DNA from: Macrostomum lignano
Taxonomy: Eukaryota
Assembly: GCA_002269645.1 (NCBI GenBank)
Contig: NIVC01001165.1
Coordinates: 379,491-443,490, forward strand
Reading direction: 5' to 3'
DNA length: 64,000 nucleotides
Part shown: positions 49,601 to 60,533 of the stretch, in pieces
How positions within the stretch are numbered: position 1 is the stretch's first letter
Layout: every line of letters starts with the position of its first letter
Notes under the pieces: model-generated
What the model saw: the letters and a program-made list of their open reading frames with translations, nothing else
Told to the model about the DNA's origin: nothing
The model's database searches: none
Program-made: the position numbers and the translations under genes

Positions 49601-50378
49601 GTTGAGCAGGACCATGGTGATGTACGGCGGCACTTTGGCAGCTGCACTGGGCAAGGTGTTCAGGGAGCCGCAGTCTTGGCTTTCCTCCTCCACGGCGGCG
49701 ACTTGCGACCGCGGCTCAGCTCCAGCCGAATCCGCGCCTCCTAGACAGGCTGCAGTGGTGTGCCCCATCTTGCCGCACTTGAAACAGACCTTCTTCATGA
49801 ATGGGCACTTCGCCGCCAGGTGTTTTGCAGACAGGCACCTGTAGCACCTTTTCGCTGGTCGCTGAGTCGCTACCACATTGGTCTGGCCGACTTGGTCTAC
49901 CGATGCTGCCGAGGCGGCTTGCGGAGTTCCTGCGGACTAGTCCTTGACCAAGTTGCAGTCCTTGGTTGCCAGCTCCACCGCCTGGGAGATCGCCAGTGCT
50001 CTGTCCAGGTCCAACTCTGTCTCGGACAGGAGTCTGCGCTGTATGTGATCATCCTGGATGCCAAGCACCAGACGATCTCTCAGCATGATGCTCAAGCTGT
50101 TACCGAAGTTACAGTGGACAGCCAAACGCCGCAGTGCCGCCAAGAAGTCGGCCACGGACTCCGAGCTCTCTCGAACGCGCTGGTAGAAGTGGAAACTTTG
50201 CACGATCTCTGACGGCTTCGGGTCCCAGTGATCGTCAAGCTTTTTGCAGATGTTAGCGAAGGAAGCCTCTGAAGGCTTAACTGGGGCCAGAAGACTGGTG
50301 ACAAGCCTATAGGTGTCCTTGCCGCACAAGCTGAGGAATGCCGCTCACTTCTTCTCTTCGCTTTCGAGTTCGTTTCAC
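46496..50378 (-). mobile_element. Ty3/Gypsy LTR retrotransposon internal region, Mag/K02A2.6-like, with stops and frameshifts
   Basis: gag (LRDRLVLGI, two CCHC knuckles), protease (MEIDTGA), RT (FIDDVL), RNase H (ECDSS), integrase (HLDYAG, SDNGP, HPSSNGLAERAV). 5' LTR absent. Confidence 0.93.
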
Positions 50379-50407
50379 CAAGCGAGCAACTTTACCTGAA
50401 AAACAGC

Positions 50408-50870
50408 ATGGCTTCCAAATGCTGTGTTATTGACTGCAATTCCGGCTATGCGAATGCAGCACCGACAGGGAAGCAAATTATCTTCTATTCCTTTCCAAAA
50501 GACACTTCATTGCTGCAGTGACGGCTACATGCCATTCCGAACAAAAGTCAAAGTGAATCAGCATTTTAAATGTTCCAACACCTATCATGGTAAGCAGTTA
50601 AAAAAGCCTGAATGCCCGCCGATTACAAGAGAACTCTGGCAACTTGAACACCTACTAGCATTCGCCGAGTTTATAAAAAAACTGGCGCTCAGGTGCAGCA
50701 GGAAAGAACTGCTTGACGAATGAAACAGTCGGTAGCTTCATTTAGACGTGTTCTGCGATTCCGAAACTTTGCTTAAGACTACTTGCTACGGTGTACTTTC
50801 AGTATGCTTTGTTTGGAAAGTTTTCTTCGGATCCCATCCAGAGGCAGTTCGGAAGGTACTGTGACGATTA
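50408..50870 (+). mobile_element. Internally deleted THAP-domain / P-element-like transposase remnant
   Basis: 50408 reads MASKCCVIDCNSGY...FYSFPKD...*RLHAIP (THAP start); 50803 reads YALFGKFSSDPIQRQFGRY, resembling the THAP9/P-transposase C-terminal catalytic-region motif. Confidence 0.6.
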
Positions 50871-52958
50871 TCCGGCAGACTCGAAATTAATTGATAAAGA
50901 CAAACACGACAGAGGCAAATTTTGTAGCGGTAGCACTTGATGATAGTAGTGAATGATGCGGGCGGTGGCCGCAGTACGTATTTATTGTAACCGTATGAGT
51001 GGATAGTTAGGGCTCGTTATTATTAATTCCGTCTGGGTAGCTAATAGAGATAGGTCAGAGTACTTGCTGAATCAGTAAGAAAAGCACTGGGCGGCTACGC
51101 AACAATAAGATAGATGATAGGCGATAGATCGAGTCGATGAGCCTGAGGCAATGGCGACGATGTGATGGCAGTGATCGCGTGGTGGCGGTACTCGTAGCGA
51201 GAACCCGTTGCAGACGGTAGAGGTGGCGTGGTCGAGAATTGACGGTGGCAGTGGCGTGACTGAGACTTGGCAGAGGCGTGGTTTAGAACCGTGGCGAAGC
51301 GAGGCGGAGAGAGAAGGCGGGTAAACAAGCCAACAATGGGTTGAAGGAACGAAGGGCAGCCGGGGGCGGTCTAACCCCGAGTGCCCCCGCCAGACAGGAC
51401 TGATAAAGAGCGGACTGGGTGTGGGTGCGCGAGGAGAACTTAATTTCAGGCTAACATAATTTATGCGCGGCTTTTCTATTGGCCGGCGAGAAAAACAGGA
51501 ATTATCGATCGCATACTGTACTTAGGCTTTACAAACGTAAGCAAGTTGTTTAAAATTCTTTGGACGCTACTTTAAGCAGCCGTGAGAGTACGAGACCATT
51601 AAATTAGCAATATTATAGATTGGTACTGTATGCTAAAACGGCCCTTGACGGGGCCACCTAAGCTGACAACGTCACACCACCGACAGATGTCAGGTGGTCA
51701 ATACTACATCAACTCGAAAAAAATTATTCAGTCTAAAAATAAGATTAGAGTGATGTCGCTTGCATCCATTTCTTATATCCATTGCCTGGCCTTGCGACAT
51801 AAAGACTCAGGCTGCCTGAATGTCATGTTTTACATCTCAGGATATCTGTCAAAGTCCTCTGGTAAACGCTGTCATCATAAGTATCGACAGTTTCTGGTCA
51901 GCGAAAATAACTTTCCAGCATTGGAAATGCCAACTGAAAATTTAGACCTGAGGCCGGTAAACTCCGGCCGCGAACCTCTATCCGGCCCTCGGGTCCTTTG
52001 AAACTTCAATGGCAATTCGGCCCGCTCAAAGTTGATGTTGATGTCTCTTCTAAGTTCTCTCCTTTTGTTTCTCTTATCTACTCTCTCATCTCCTCACCTT
52101 TCTTCTCTTCTCTCATTTCTCTCCTTTCTTTTCTCCTCTCACCGATCTTCTTTCTTCTCTCTCTCTCACCTTCTCTCATCGCGTCTCCCATCTCGCCTCT
52201 CTTCTGTAATCTCGCTTCTCCTCTTTATTCTTCTCTCTCCCCATTCCCTCACCTTTCCACTCTCACCTGGGTGGGTCTTGGGGACGAGTTTGGCCGGTTG
52301 TTCCGCCCCCATTTGGAAGTGTCACTTCCATATGTAGAGTATTCCCTGCTTAGCGTAAAGAGGTGTATAAAATACACCATAAACCGCCAACGAAAAAAAA
52401 TCCGGAAATATTTTCCGGCAAGGAAACCTTAGAAGTTCCTCATCTAAAGCAACCCGGCTGTCGCAAGAAACCAGTATTGTATAGAATTATCTAAAACCAA
52501 ATGCCCAAGAAAACACTGCGTATGCTGTGGATTGACATAATCTGAAAACACAAACTTAAACACAGTTCGCACTGAAGACTGCAAAATCAAAGCCCGAAAT
52601 TCCGAAATGACATCCAGCACAAACAGAATTTCTTGCAGCAAGGCAGGTAAAAATGAGGCGCTGCATGGCGCAAAGGTTGCGAGTGACGCATGCAGAACCT
52701 CGGGATTCCAGACACTGTCTGGCAGAGAGTGCATTTAGTCACGGGATTCTGGCCAACCGAATCCCCAGCTGAGGCAAACAGTCTGATGTAAATGGCAAAC
52801 CGCGTTACGCGTCTGGAATGCGAAGTGCAGCCTGCAGTCACGTGAAATTTATGCCATGGGCAGGGAATGCTTCATCTGTATATAAATGCAGCCATTTTAC
52901 AGAATGCAGCTGCAATCCTCAGCTTACCGATACAACAACGAAAGGTGAACTTGACTCG

Positions 52959-54100
52959 ATGCAGCTCTTTCAGTTGCGAGTTTCTGCAGCGTTGGCTCTG
53001 CTGCTCTGCTCGCTGGCAGCCGGCCGCCAGGTCTCCCAGTGCGCTCCCGCTGACTCTCCGCGGCTCCGCTTCGTGGCGCAGCTCAGCGTGAACGGCTGCG
53101 CGCTGTTCGTGCACGACACGGGAGCGAGCGACGGTCCGCACTTGGCAGTCGAGCCGCTCATGTGCGTGACGGACAGCCTGAGAGGCATTGTTCCCCGATT
53201 CGACTTCATCACACAGCAGCTGTACTTCAGCGTCCCTGTATTGATGAAGGATTCTGGAATGCTCGCAGAGGCTCAGCGTCAACTACGGCATCTGTCACCG
53301 AGGTCTGTGAGCTTCGCCACGGTGACCAACATCAGCGTCTCAGCCGACAGCCGCTCATCGGTTCGGGTTTTGGGCTTCCCGTGGACTCCAAATGAGTCAG
53401 TAGCCACTCTGAGACTCGGCTTCGGAGAGAAGATCACATATGAAGCCCTAAATCTACGAGCAAGCATGCTGGGACTGGCGAATATCGACCAATTGACCAA
53501 AGTTTTTCTGTTACCAAACACTCATATAAGCAGACGAAATAAAATTGAAAATTCAACAATCGAGACTCTAAAAAATGTAAAACTCTCAGCTACTCTTCTG
53601 TCGAATGGCTGTTTCCATGAGGTTCAGAGCCGCATCATGCTGCAAAACGACAGCTTCATCGAAGTCGGCTTGTACAGGAAAAAATTCTTACCCGTGTGCC
53701 AACAGCTGCGGTTCAGTCGGTACGTCAAACTCGAGAACTGCTCTGTCCGAGTGCACCAGAGACTCGACATCAAGGGCCACTTCCTCATTGAGCCTCTGCT
53801 GTGCCACAACATCTCCAGCTTGAGCAGCGAGTCAGTCAGGTATGACTACAGCCGAGACATGCACTACCTGAAGCTGGATCTAGTGCTGCAAGATGAGGCC
53901 ACACGCGATTCTGTGAGGACTCAGTTGGCCGACTTGTCGCCTCGCTCGGTCGACTTCATGCGGCTGTGGACTGCTGAGAGATCAGTGAGCTCTTCGTTGA
54001 GTGCTCGGTTTGAGGTCGGTCCGCTGATGGCGTCGACAGACTGGAGGTCCGCTCAGCTGCGGCTGCTCTGCGGAAACTGGACGGAGTGCCGCGATCTCAG
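52959..54100 (+). CDS. Fibrinogen-related protein exon 1: signal peptide and two copies of an unrecognised about 120-aa domain
   Basis: MQLFQLRVSAALALLLCSLAAG...; donor AG|gttggc in phase 2; 7 N-glycosylation sequons. Confidence 0.88.
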
Positions 54101-54491
54101 GTTGGCTGACATTTTCTAAGACATGTGGCAGAAGGTCTGACAATTCGTTCACCGTAATCAAAAACTTTAGTGCTGCTTTTGAGCTGCTCTTTTCTGGACT
54201 GCTTCTTACAGCTTTAGGGAGACAAAAATACTTTTTTAGCATGAGTTTGGAAGCAGAGGATATTTGATTAGGTAAGTTTTAGCTGGCTCGAATTCCTGAC
54301 GTAAATATCGCATAAGCACACATTGCACAGTTGTAAAGTTTATACGAGCGTAAAATAATTGAATGTCTGCGGCATCACTACATTCTAATATCATATACCA
54401 GGCATTATTGGCTTTAAAAACTTGCTCTGACTTTTTCTGTTTCATTCCTTCGTAGCACAGTGCCGTTAAAAAAGTAATTGACGACTTCCAG

Positions 54492-54829
54492 GGCTGCTGT
54501 GCTGGCGGAGCCCGCTGACCTGTGGCGACACGTGCAGTGGCGGGTGACGTCGCTGGTTGCTGAGCAGTGCCTTTCCAAGTACAGCCAAATCACTTCATCA
54601 TGGAGAATGAAAGCGCTTGTAAGCGAGAGCTGCTACAGTCTGAAGTCCTGCGCCAGGCTGCAATGCGCCTCTGCTCAACGCACAGCGAACTCTTCCAGTG
54701 CGGTTCAACTGCAGCCAGACGGTCGCTGCTTCGTGAAGATTCAGCAGCGACTTACTGGCAGAGTGAGTTTCCAACGAAACTGGACTGAGTACGAGACTGG
54801 GTTCGGTGACGGCACTGACTTCTGGATCG
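54492..54829 (+). CDS. Fibrinogen-related protein exon 2: Cys-rich segment and start of the fibrinogen C-terminal domain
   Basis: ttccag|G...ATC G|gtgagc; IQQRLTGRVSFQRNWTEYETGFGDGTDFWIG is the canonical FReD signature. Confidence 0.92.
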
Positions 54830-55435
54830 GTGAGCGGCAGTTTTGAGTCAACTAATGTTGTGTGACGAGAGAGGTAGCAGATTTTGTGAATCTTATATTG
54901 AAATGCTAGTTGACTCATAAGCTTTCAAATGACAAAAGATGAATTGAAAGGTTAGCTTCTCGGCTAATTAAAGGAATGTTAACTTTCAGTTGCGCCATGA
55001 CTGCAATGCTCTACATTGACCTTTCCCGCCTTATTGGCGTTTCGGGCTCTCGGCTGGCTTCAGTGAGTCAGGAGGCTACTGTCATTATTTTCAACGAGCT
55101 CACCAAAAGATATTGATGAGATTCTCTAGTCTCAGGAAGTTTGGGATAATTTGCTCTAGTCTGTCTTTTACACGGCCAGGACCCCTAATAGCAAAAATAG
55201 TGTGTTTCAGTTAGCAAAAAAGTTTATCCAGGAGTTGTCAATGAAAAGGATTTGGACTCTCCATCCAGACAACAAAATTTTCGAAAAATAGAAGTCCCAA
55301 AACTAATCTGACGCGAAAAGCAGTAGAAAGCAGTTTAGTCCATTACCAGCTGTTCGAACAAAAAACTTGGGCTTGCTGTGTTGGCCATTACAGTGCATTT
55401 GCTGAAATGAAGCAGCACCAGCCAGAGCAGCAACA

Positions 55436-56952
55436 AACTTCATTGTGCATTCCCAAGTTCGGCACTGTAGCACTCCTAGACTCCTAGGCATTACCCTGGA
55501 CCGTACGCTCAGCTTTAACGCGCACGTCAACGACATCTGCAGCAGAGTCCTGTCCCGCTGCCGCATGCTGTCCTGCCTCGCGGCTCGGGACTGGGGTTGG
55601 CGCAAGGAGCGCCTTCGCGGCGTCTACCTGGCTATGCAGCAGAGCCTTCTTAACTACGCGGCCCCGGCTTGGCAACCTTGGCTTTCCAGCTCCTCCTTCG
55701 AACGCCTTGAGCGCGCGCAAAACCAGGCCCTCAGAATCGTCACGGGCTTGCACCGCTCGGCGCCGCTTGACGCTGTGCACCTGGAGGCCGGCATCGGCAG
55801 CTACAGGAACACCAGCGACCGCCTTTGCCTCATCGCCAGGGAACGCGCGCTCAGGCTGCCCAACGACCATCCTCGCGCCATCGCCCTCTCGGGCACCGTG
55901 CAACACCGGCTCGCCCGCAGTAGCTGGAGACTCCGCTCGGCTCAGCTCGCCAATGGCCTTGGCATTGATCTCACGCCGCGTTTGCCGCTCACACCGGCCT
56001 TTCCATGCCCCTGGCTGGACCAACATCTCCCGGCGATCCTAGCTGACAATCCTTTGCCTCCGGCCACCACGCCCCCGTTGGAGCGCTGTCTTGCCGCTCT
56101 TGACGTCATCCGGTCTCACCCGGCTGAGCTCGTCATATACTGCGACGGTTCGGCGGCCGGCGGCTCCGAGGCTGGCGGGGCGGCCGCTGTGGTCACCATC
56201 GGAGACCCGGCAGTCCCGACGAACGTAAAAGTCCGCACGGCCGCTGGCAGCCGCTACACCAGCTCCTTTGAAGAGGAACTCCGCGCTCTGGTCCTAGCGC
56301 TCGACTACCTCCGCTCGCATCCCACGCGCTCTGCCATCATCTGCTCTGACAGTCAGTCTCTTCTGCGCGCCCTTCAGCGTCCCTTCAGCCGCCTGGCCTC
56401 TTCTCTCCGCTTCCCGCACAACTGTCGCGCCCTCCTGTGGGTCCCGGGTCATGTCGGCATTCCGGGCAATGAACTCGCGGACCGCGCTGCTAACTCCGCT
56501 GCCGCCATCGCCGATGAAGCACCGCGCCCCAGCATCAGTTTTCCCACTGCCGCCTCGGTGATCCGCCGCACTCTGGCGGACAAGCCGGTCACCCACGCGA
56601 GATCTCGTCTCACCTACGCCTCCGCCGACGCCGACAAGGAACGTCGGCTTATTACTAACCGCAAAGACGCTCTCCTTCTTGCCCGGCTGCGCTCCGGCCA
56701 CTCCAGCCTCTTCGGAGCCTTCCGCGCCCTCATGGACCCCACGGTGGATCCGACCTGCCAAAAGTGCTCCCTCGAACCAGACACCCTTGAGCACTGGATA
56801 GCGTGCCCTGCTCTCGAGGCCGCCCGCCGTCGCTTCATTGGAGCTCCGATCTCCCTCAGCAACTTGTCCGATTACCCTGATGGTTTGGTCGCGCTGGCCA
56901 GGTTCTGTATGGATCCTGGGCGCGTTTGGGTCATCTAACAACAACAACAACA
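55436..56952 (+). mobile_element. 5'-truncated RNase H-bearing non-LTR retrotransposon (I-group-like) in FREP intron 2
   Basis: Uninterrupted 497-aa ORF: RT thumb (LLGITLDRTLSF), RNase H (YCDGS, SDSQS, WVPGHVGIPGNELAD), C-terminal CQKC..H..C finger; (CAA)n tail; 12-bp TSD AGAGCAGCAACA (55424-55435 and 56953-56964). Confidence 0.92.
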
Positions 56953-57562
56953 AGAGCAGCAACAGTCATGGCTTCATCAGCCGACTCAGTTCTTCAGCTG
57001 CTCTTTGCAACTGACTGACTGTTAAATCATTTTTACATTTTTCATTTTCAGCTTTGAAGCTTAAATTATTTTTTCCGTCGTATTATATATAGTATCGACT
57101 TTTTGAGACGATAAACACTGCTGTACTTCGTCTTCCGATGCGAAGATCTGCTTCCCACTGGTCAATCAACATCCCCATCCCCGCAAAAATCGGTGCATAT
57201 AGAAAATTTTGCGTTTATTTCTATGCAGACCAGTAAGCTTGGTCATGCAGCCAATTCTTTAACTAAAAAGTTGCACTGTCTATGGTATGTATAAGATGAA
57301 TGGCCTCATGACAGCCTTCTGATATATGCATGAAGTGCATGTATTGCATAGTTTGTAAAAGTCTGACTTGCGTGAAAGTTTTTCAAAGAATTCCGCTTGC
57401 GTAAGCGGCTCAAAATGGATCATTTAACCTTGCAATAAGCCTATTTATCTTTAATATCTGCTTTATTAAAACGCGTATTTAGTTTTTTTACATTTTCGTT
57501 AACATATGAATTGCGACGAGCCGAGCAGAAGTGACTCAGACTCAGCCGCTCTCCTCCCGCAG

Positions 57563-57978
57563 GTCTCTCCGCCATCCACTCGCTCAGCCAGGGCGGCGCC
57601 ACCCTCAGAGTGGAGATGAAGCTGTGGAGCGGCTCTGAGCTGCATGCGGAGTACGCAGGATTCCAGGTGGGAGACGCCAGCACTGGGTATCGGATGACGT
57701 ACCGAGAGATGCTGAGCCACAGGTCCAGTGTCAGCTGGAATGCTCTGGAGCTCAGCAAAGACATGCGGTTCTCCACGATGGACAGGGACAATGACATATG
57801 GGGTGCTTCGTGCTCAAGCCGTTATGGAAAAGGAGGCTGGTGGTTTAAAGACTGCCATCAATGCAACCCTAGCGGACGCTTTCCTAGGCGAGACACACCA
57901 GATTCCAGATATATGGTCTGGTACTCTGGCTCTTTCTGGCTGTCTCTTCGTGAAATGTGGCTGCTGCTGCAGATTTGA
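57563..57978 (+). CDS. Fibrinogen-related protein exon 3 (rest of FReD); spliced CDS 1,896 nt, 631 aa
   Basis: cccgcag|GT CTC in phase 1; FSTMDRDND...SC...GGWWFKDCHQCN. Confidence 0.92.
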
Positions 57979-58279
57979 GCAGCAAAATTGAGCAACTAAA
58001 CAACGCACTTTGCTTATTAAAATAAACCTTTCATCGAATCGGATTTTAACTAAAGTGTTTTTTTCAGCAATAACAAGCATGCCTTTGCAAATATGTAACT
58101 ACAAAACAATGCAGTCTAAAATTTCACTGATTGCAAGAGTTTTAAAGTTAGTGACAGAAACTTTTAAATTTGCGAGGTTAAACTCAATAAACCAAAGTTA
58201 ATAGAGGCAAACTATTTTCAACAATAAACTAACAAGAAAAGGTTAGCAACTAATCTACCAATCTACTGCTCTAACTGTC

Positions 58280-58725
58280 CTGTGTTTTTTGTTCTATCAG
58301 TACTGTGCTGTCTGTTCTATCAGTATTGTGCTGTCTGTTCTATCAGTACTGTGCTGTGTGTTCTATCAGTATTGTGCTGTCTGTTCTATCAGTATTGTGC
58401 TGTCTGTTCTATCAGTATTGTGCTGTCTGTTCTATCAGTATTGTGCTGTCTGTTCTATCAGTATTGTGCTGTCTGTTCTATCAGTATTGTGCTGTCTGTT
58501 CTATCAGTATTGTGCTGTCTGTTCTATTAGTATTGTGCTGTCTGTTCTATCAGTATTGTGCTGTCTGTTCTATCAGTACTGTGCTGTGTGTTCTATCAGT
58601 ATCGTGCTGTCTGTTCTATCAGTATTGTGCTGTCTGTTCTATCAGTATTGTGCTGTCTGTTCTATCAGTATTGTGCTGTCTGTTCTATCAGTATCATGCT
58701 GTCTGTTCTATCAGTATTGTGCTGT
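58280..58725. repeat. 23-bp minisatellite TATCAGTATTGTGCTGTCTGTTC
   Basis: Period verified (58384 vs 58407). Confidence 0.96.
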
Positions 58726-58999
58726 TTTTTAGGTTTTTTTCAGAGTTATGACATAATTTATGCAAGCAGACGCGCTCCATGGAACTTCACTTACCTGTGG
58801 GTCATTTCGGAGCCGCACTGAGTTGTCTGAGTCGCAACGCAAGACGCATCGGGGGAGCAAAGTCTTCAGTTTAGAGTTCGCCTGCCAAGGCCTCATCAGG
58901 GCTGCTGAAAACACCGCTTCCATGACAGAAAGCCCAGCTCGCATTGCTGAGATTGACCCGAGTCCAGCACGCGCTGGTATTGCAAATCTGACGACTGCT

Positions 59000-59830
59000 T
59001 GCTGGCATCCAACCGCAGAAACACAGGCGAGTTGACGTTTAACAGTTTCACACTTTCACACGCTGCTTCACGTTGGTGAATGATGCCTTGACAGCCACTC
59101 TGTAGTCAAACACGCGCTCCACTTTACGAAGTTCCTGCAGAGGCCGCCAATTTTCAGCAAAGTTGGGAAGAAGTCGCCTTCAGAGCTGCAAAATCCCCAC
59201 ACCGGTCGAGATCCTTCCTGCTTCTCATAGCTTCTACATCCTAAATCATCTGCACCAATCCCGGATCCGGCCTTATCCTCTCCTCATCGATGATGTGGCC
59301 CAGGAACTTCAAACTGCTGGCCTTTTTAATGCACTTCGCTTTGTTGATTTTCACATTAGCCTCTCTCAGTTTGTCCAGCATTTTCTCTCCGATATTCTAA
59401 AGCTCCGCCTTCGACACCGCTCCACGAGCACATCATCCTAATGTACGATGACACTTAGGTTGCTCACCCAGCAGCTTCTTCATCTCGCGCTAAAACACTG
59501 ACGAAGACAACTTGATGCCGTACGGCAGCCTGTTAAAAGGGTAGCAGCCGAAAGGTGTGTTGACGGTGGTGATGTTCTTTGACTCATTTTCCAGCGGAAC
59601 CTGCTAGTAAGCGTTAGACAAGTTCACTCGGCATAACAACATCATCTTGTTTGCCGTGTTTGAGAATGCTGTCTCGATTGACGGAATCAGATACGTCTGA
59701 TCCTGCAACCACTTATTGATGGCAGCTTAGTCTCCGCAGATCCTCACGGAAATCTTTTCGGACTTCATCGTCACTGCTATTGGACTGTCCCACTTTTCAA
59801 CAGGATCTCGCCAACTGCTCCCTTGATGAC
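59000..59830 (-). mobile_element. Heavily decayed second Ty3/Gypsy RT remnant
   Basis: SPIAVTMKSEKISVRICGD*...NLSNAY*QVPLENESKNITTVNTPFGCYPFNRLPYGI, then KFLGHIID after frameshifts. Confidence 0.85.
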
Positions 59831-60044
59831 CAACAAGCTCTCGTAACTGTTGCTGCTGGAAAGCTGGCATCATCCGAATGGTGAGCAGGGAGCGAGCTGA
59901 GAAGATCTCAGCTGAGTAACCCAAGTTCTGCTCGTCTTAGATGACTGGCAGCTCCTCCGCCGCAACGAAGCGGCCATCAGAGCCAGTCTTCACCAGGCAT
60001 TCCGGCATGACCGTCCTACACAAGCATCTGAGACTTTTGTTTAT

Positions 60045-60533
60045 TTTATTTTAGTTTTTTGTATTTTAGTATAGTTTATTAGTTTAGTGTAGTATAGTAT
60101 AGTATAGTATAGTTTAGTTTAGTTTAGTTTAGTTAAGTATAGTTTATTTTAGTTTAGTTTAGTTTAGTTTAGTATACTATAGTTTATTTTATTTTAGTAA
60201 GGTATAGTTTAGTTTAGTTTAGTTTAGCTTAGTTTAGTTTAGTTTAGTTTAGTTTAGTATAGTATAGTTTAGTTTAGTTTAGTTTATTTAAGCTAAGTAT
60301 AGTTTATTTTAGTTTAGTTTAGTTTAGTTTAGTTTAGTTTAGTTTAGTATACTATAGTTTATTTTATTTTAGTAAGGTATAGTTTAGTTTAGTTTAGTTT
60401 AGTTTAGTTTAGTATAGTATAGTTTAGTTTAGTTTAGTTTAGCTTAGTTTAGTTTAGTTTAGTTTAGTATAGTATAGTATAGTATAGTTTAGTTTAGTTT
60501 AGTTTAGTTTAGTTTAGTTAAGTTTAGTATAGT
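60045..60533. repeat. (AGTTT/AGTAT)n pentanucleotide array, the likely 3' tail of the adjacent LINE
   Basis: Reads (AAACT)n on the LINE sense strand and begins about 100 bp after the LINE stop codon. Confidence 0.9.

Noticed and set aside
50355-50385. Primer-binding site (TGGTGA...) of the Gypsy element
   Set aside because: It is not preceded by sequence matching the 3' LTR end and it overlaps truncated gag.
50986-51535. Solo LTR (TGTAAC...TTACA)
   Set aside because: No matching TSD and no similarity to the LTR at 46207-46495.
51630-52000. Several GC hairpins resembling hAT MITE ends
   Set aside because: No terminal pair or TSD could be defined.
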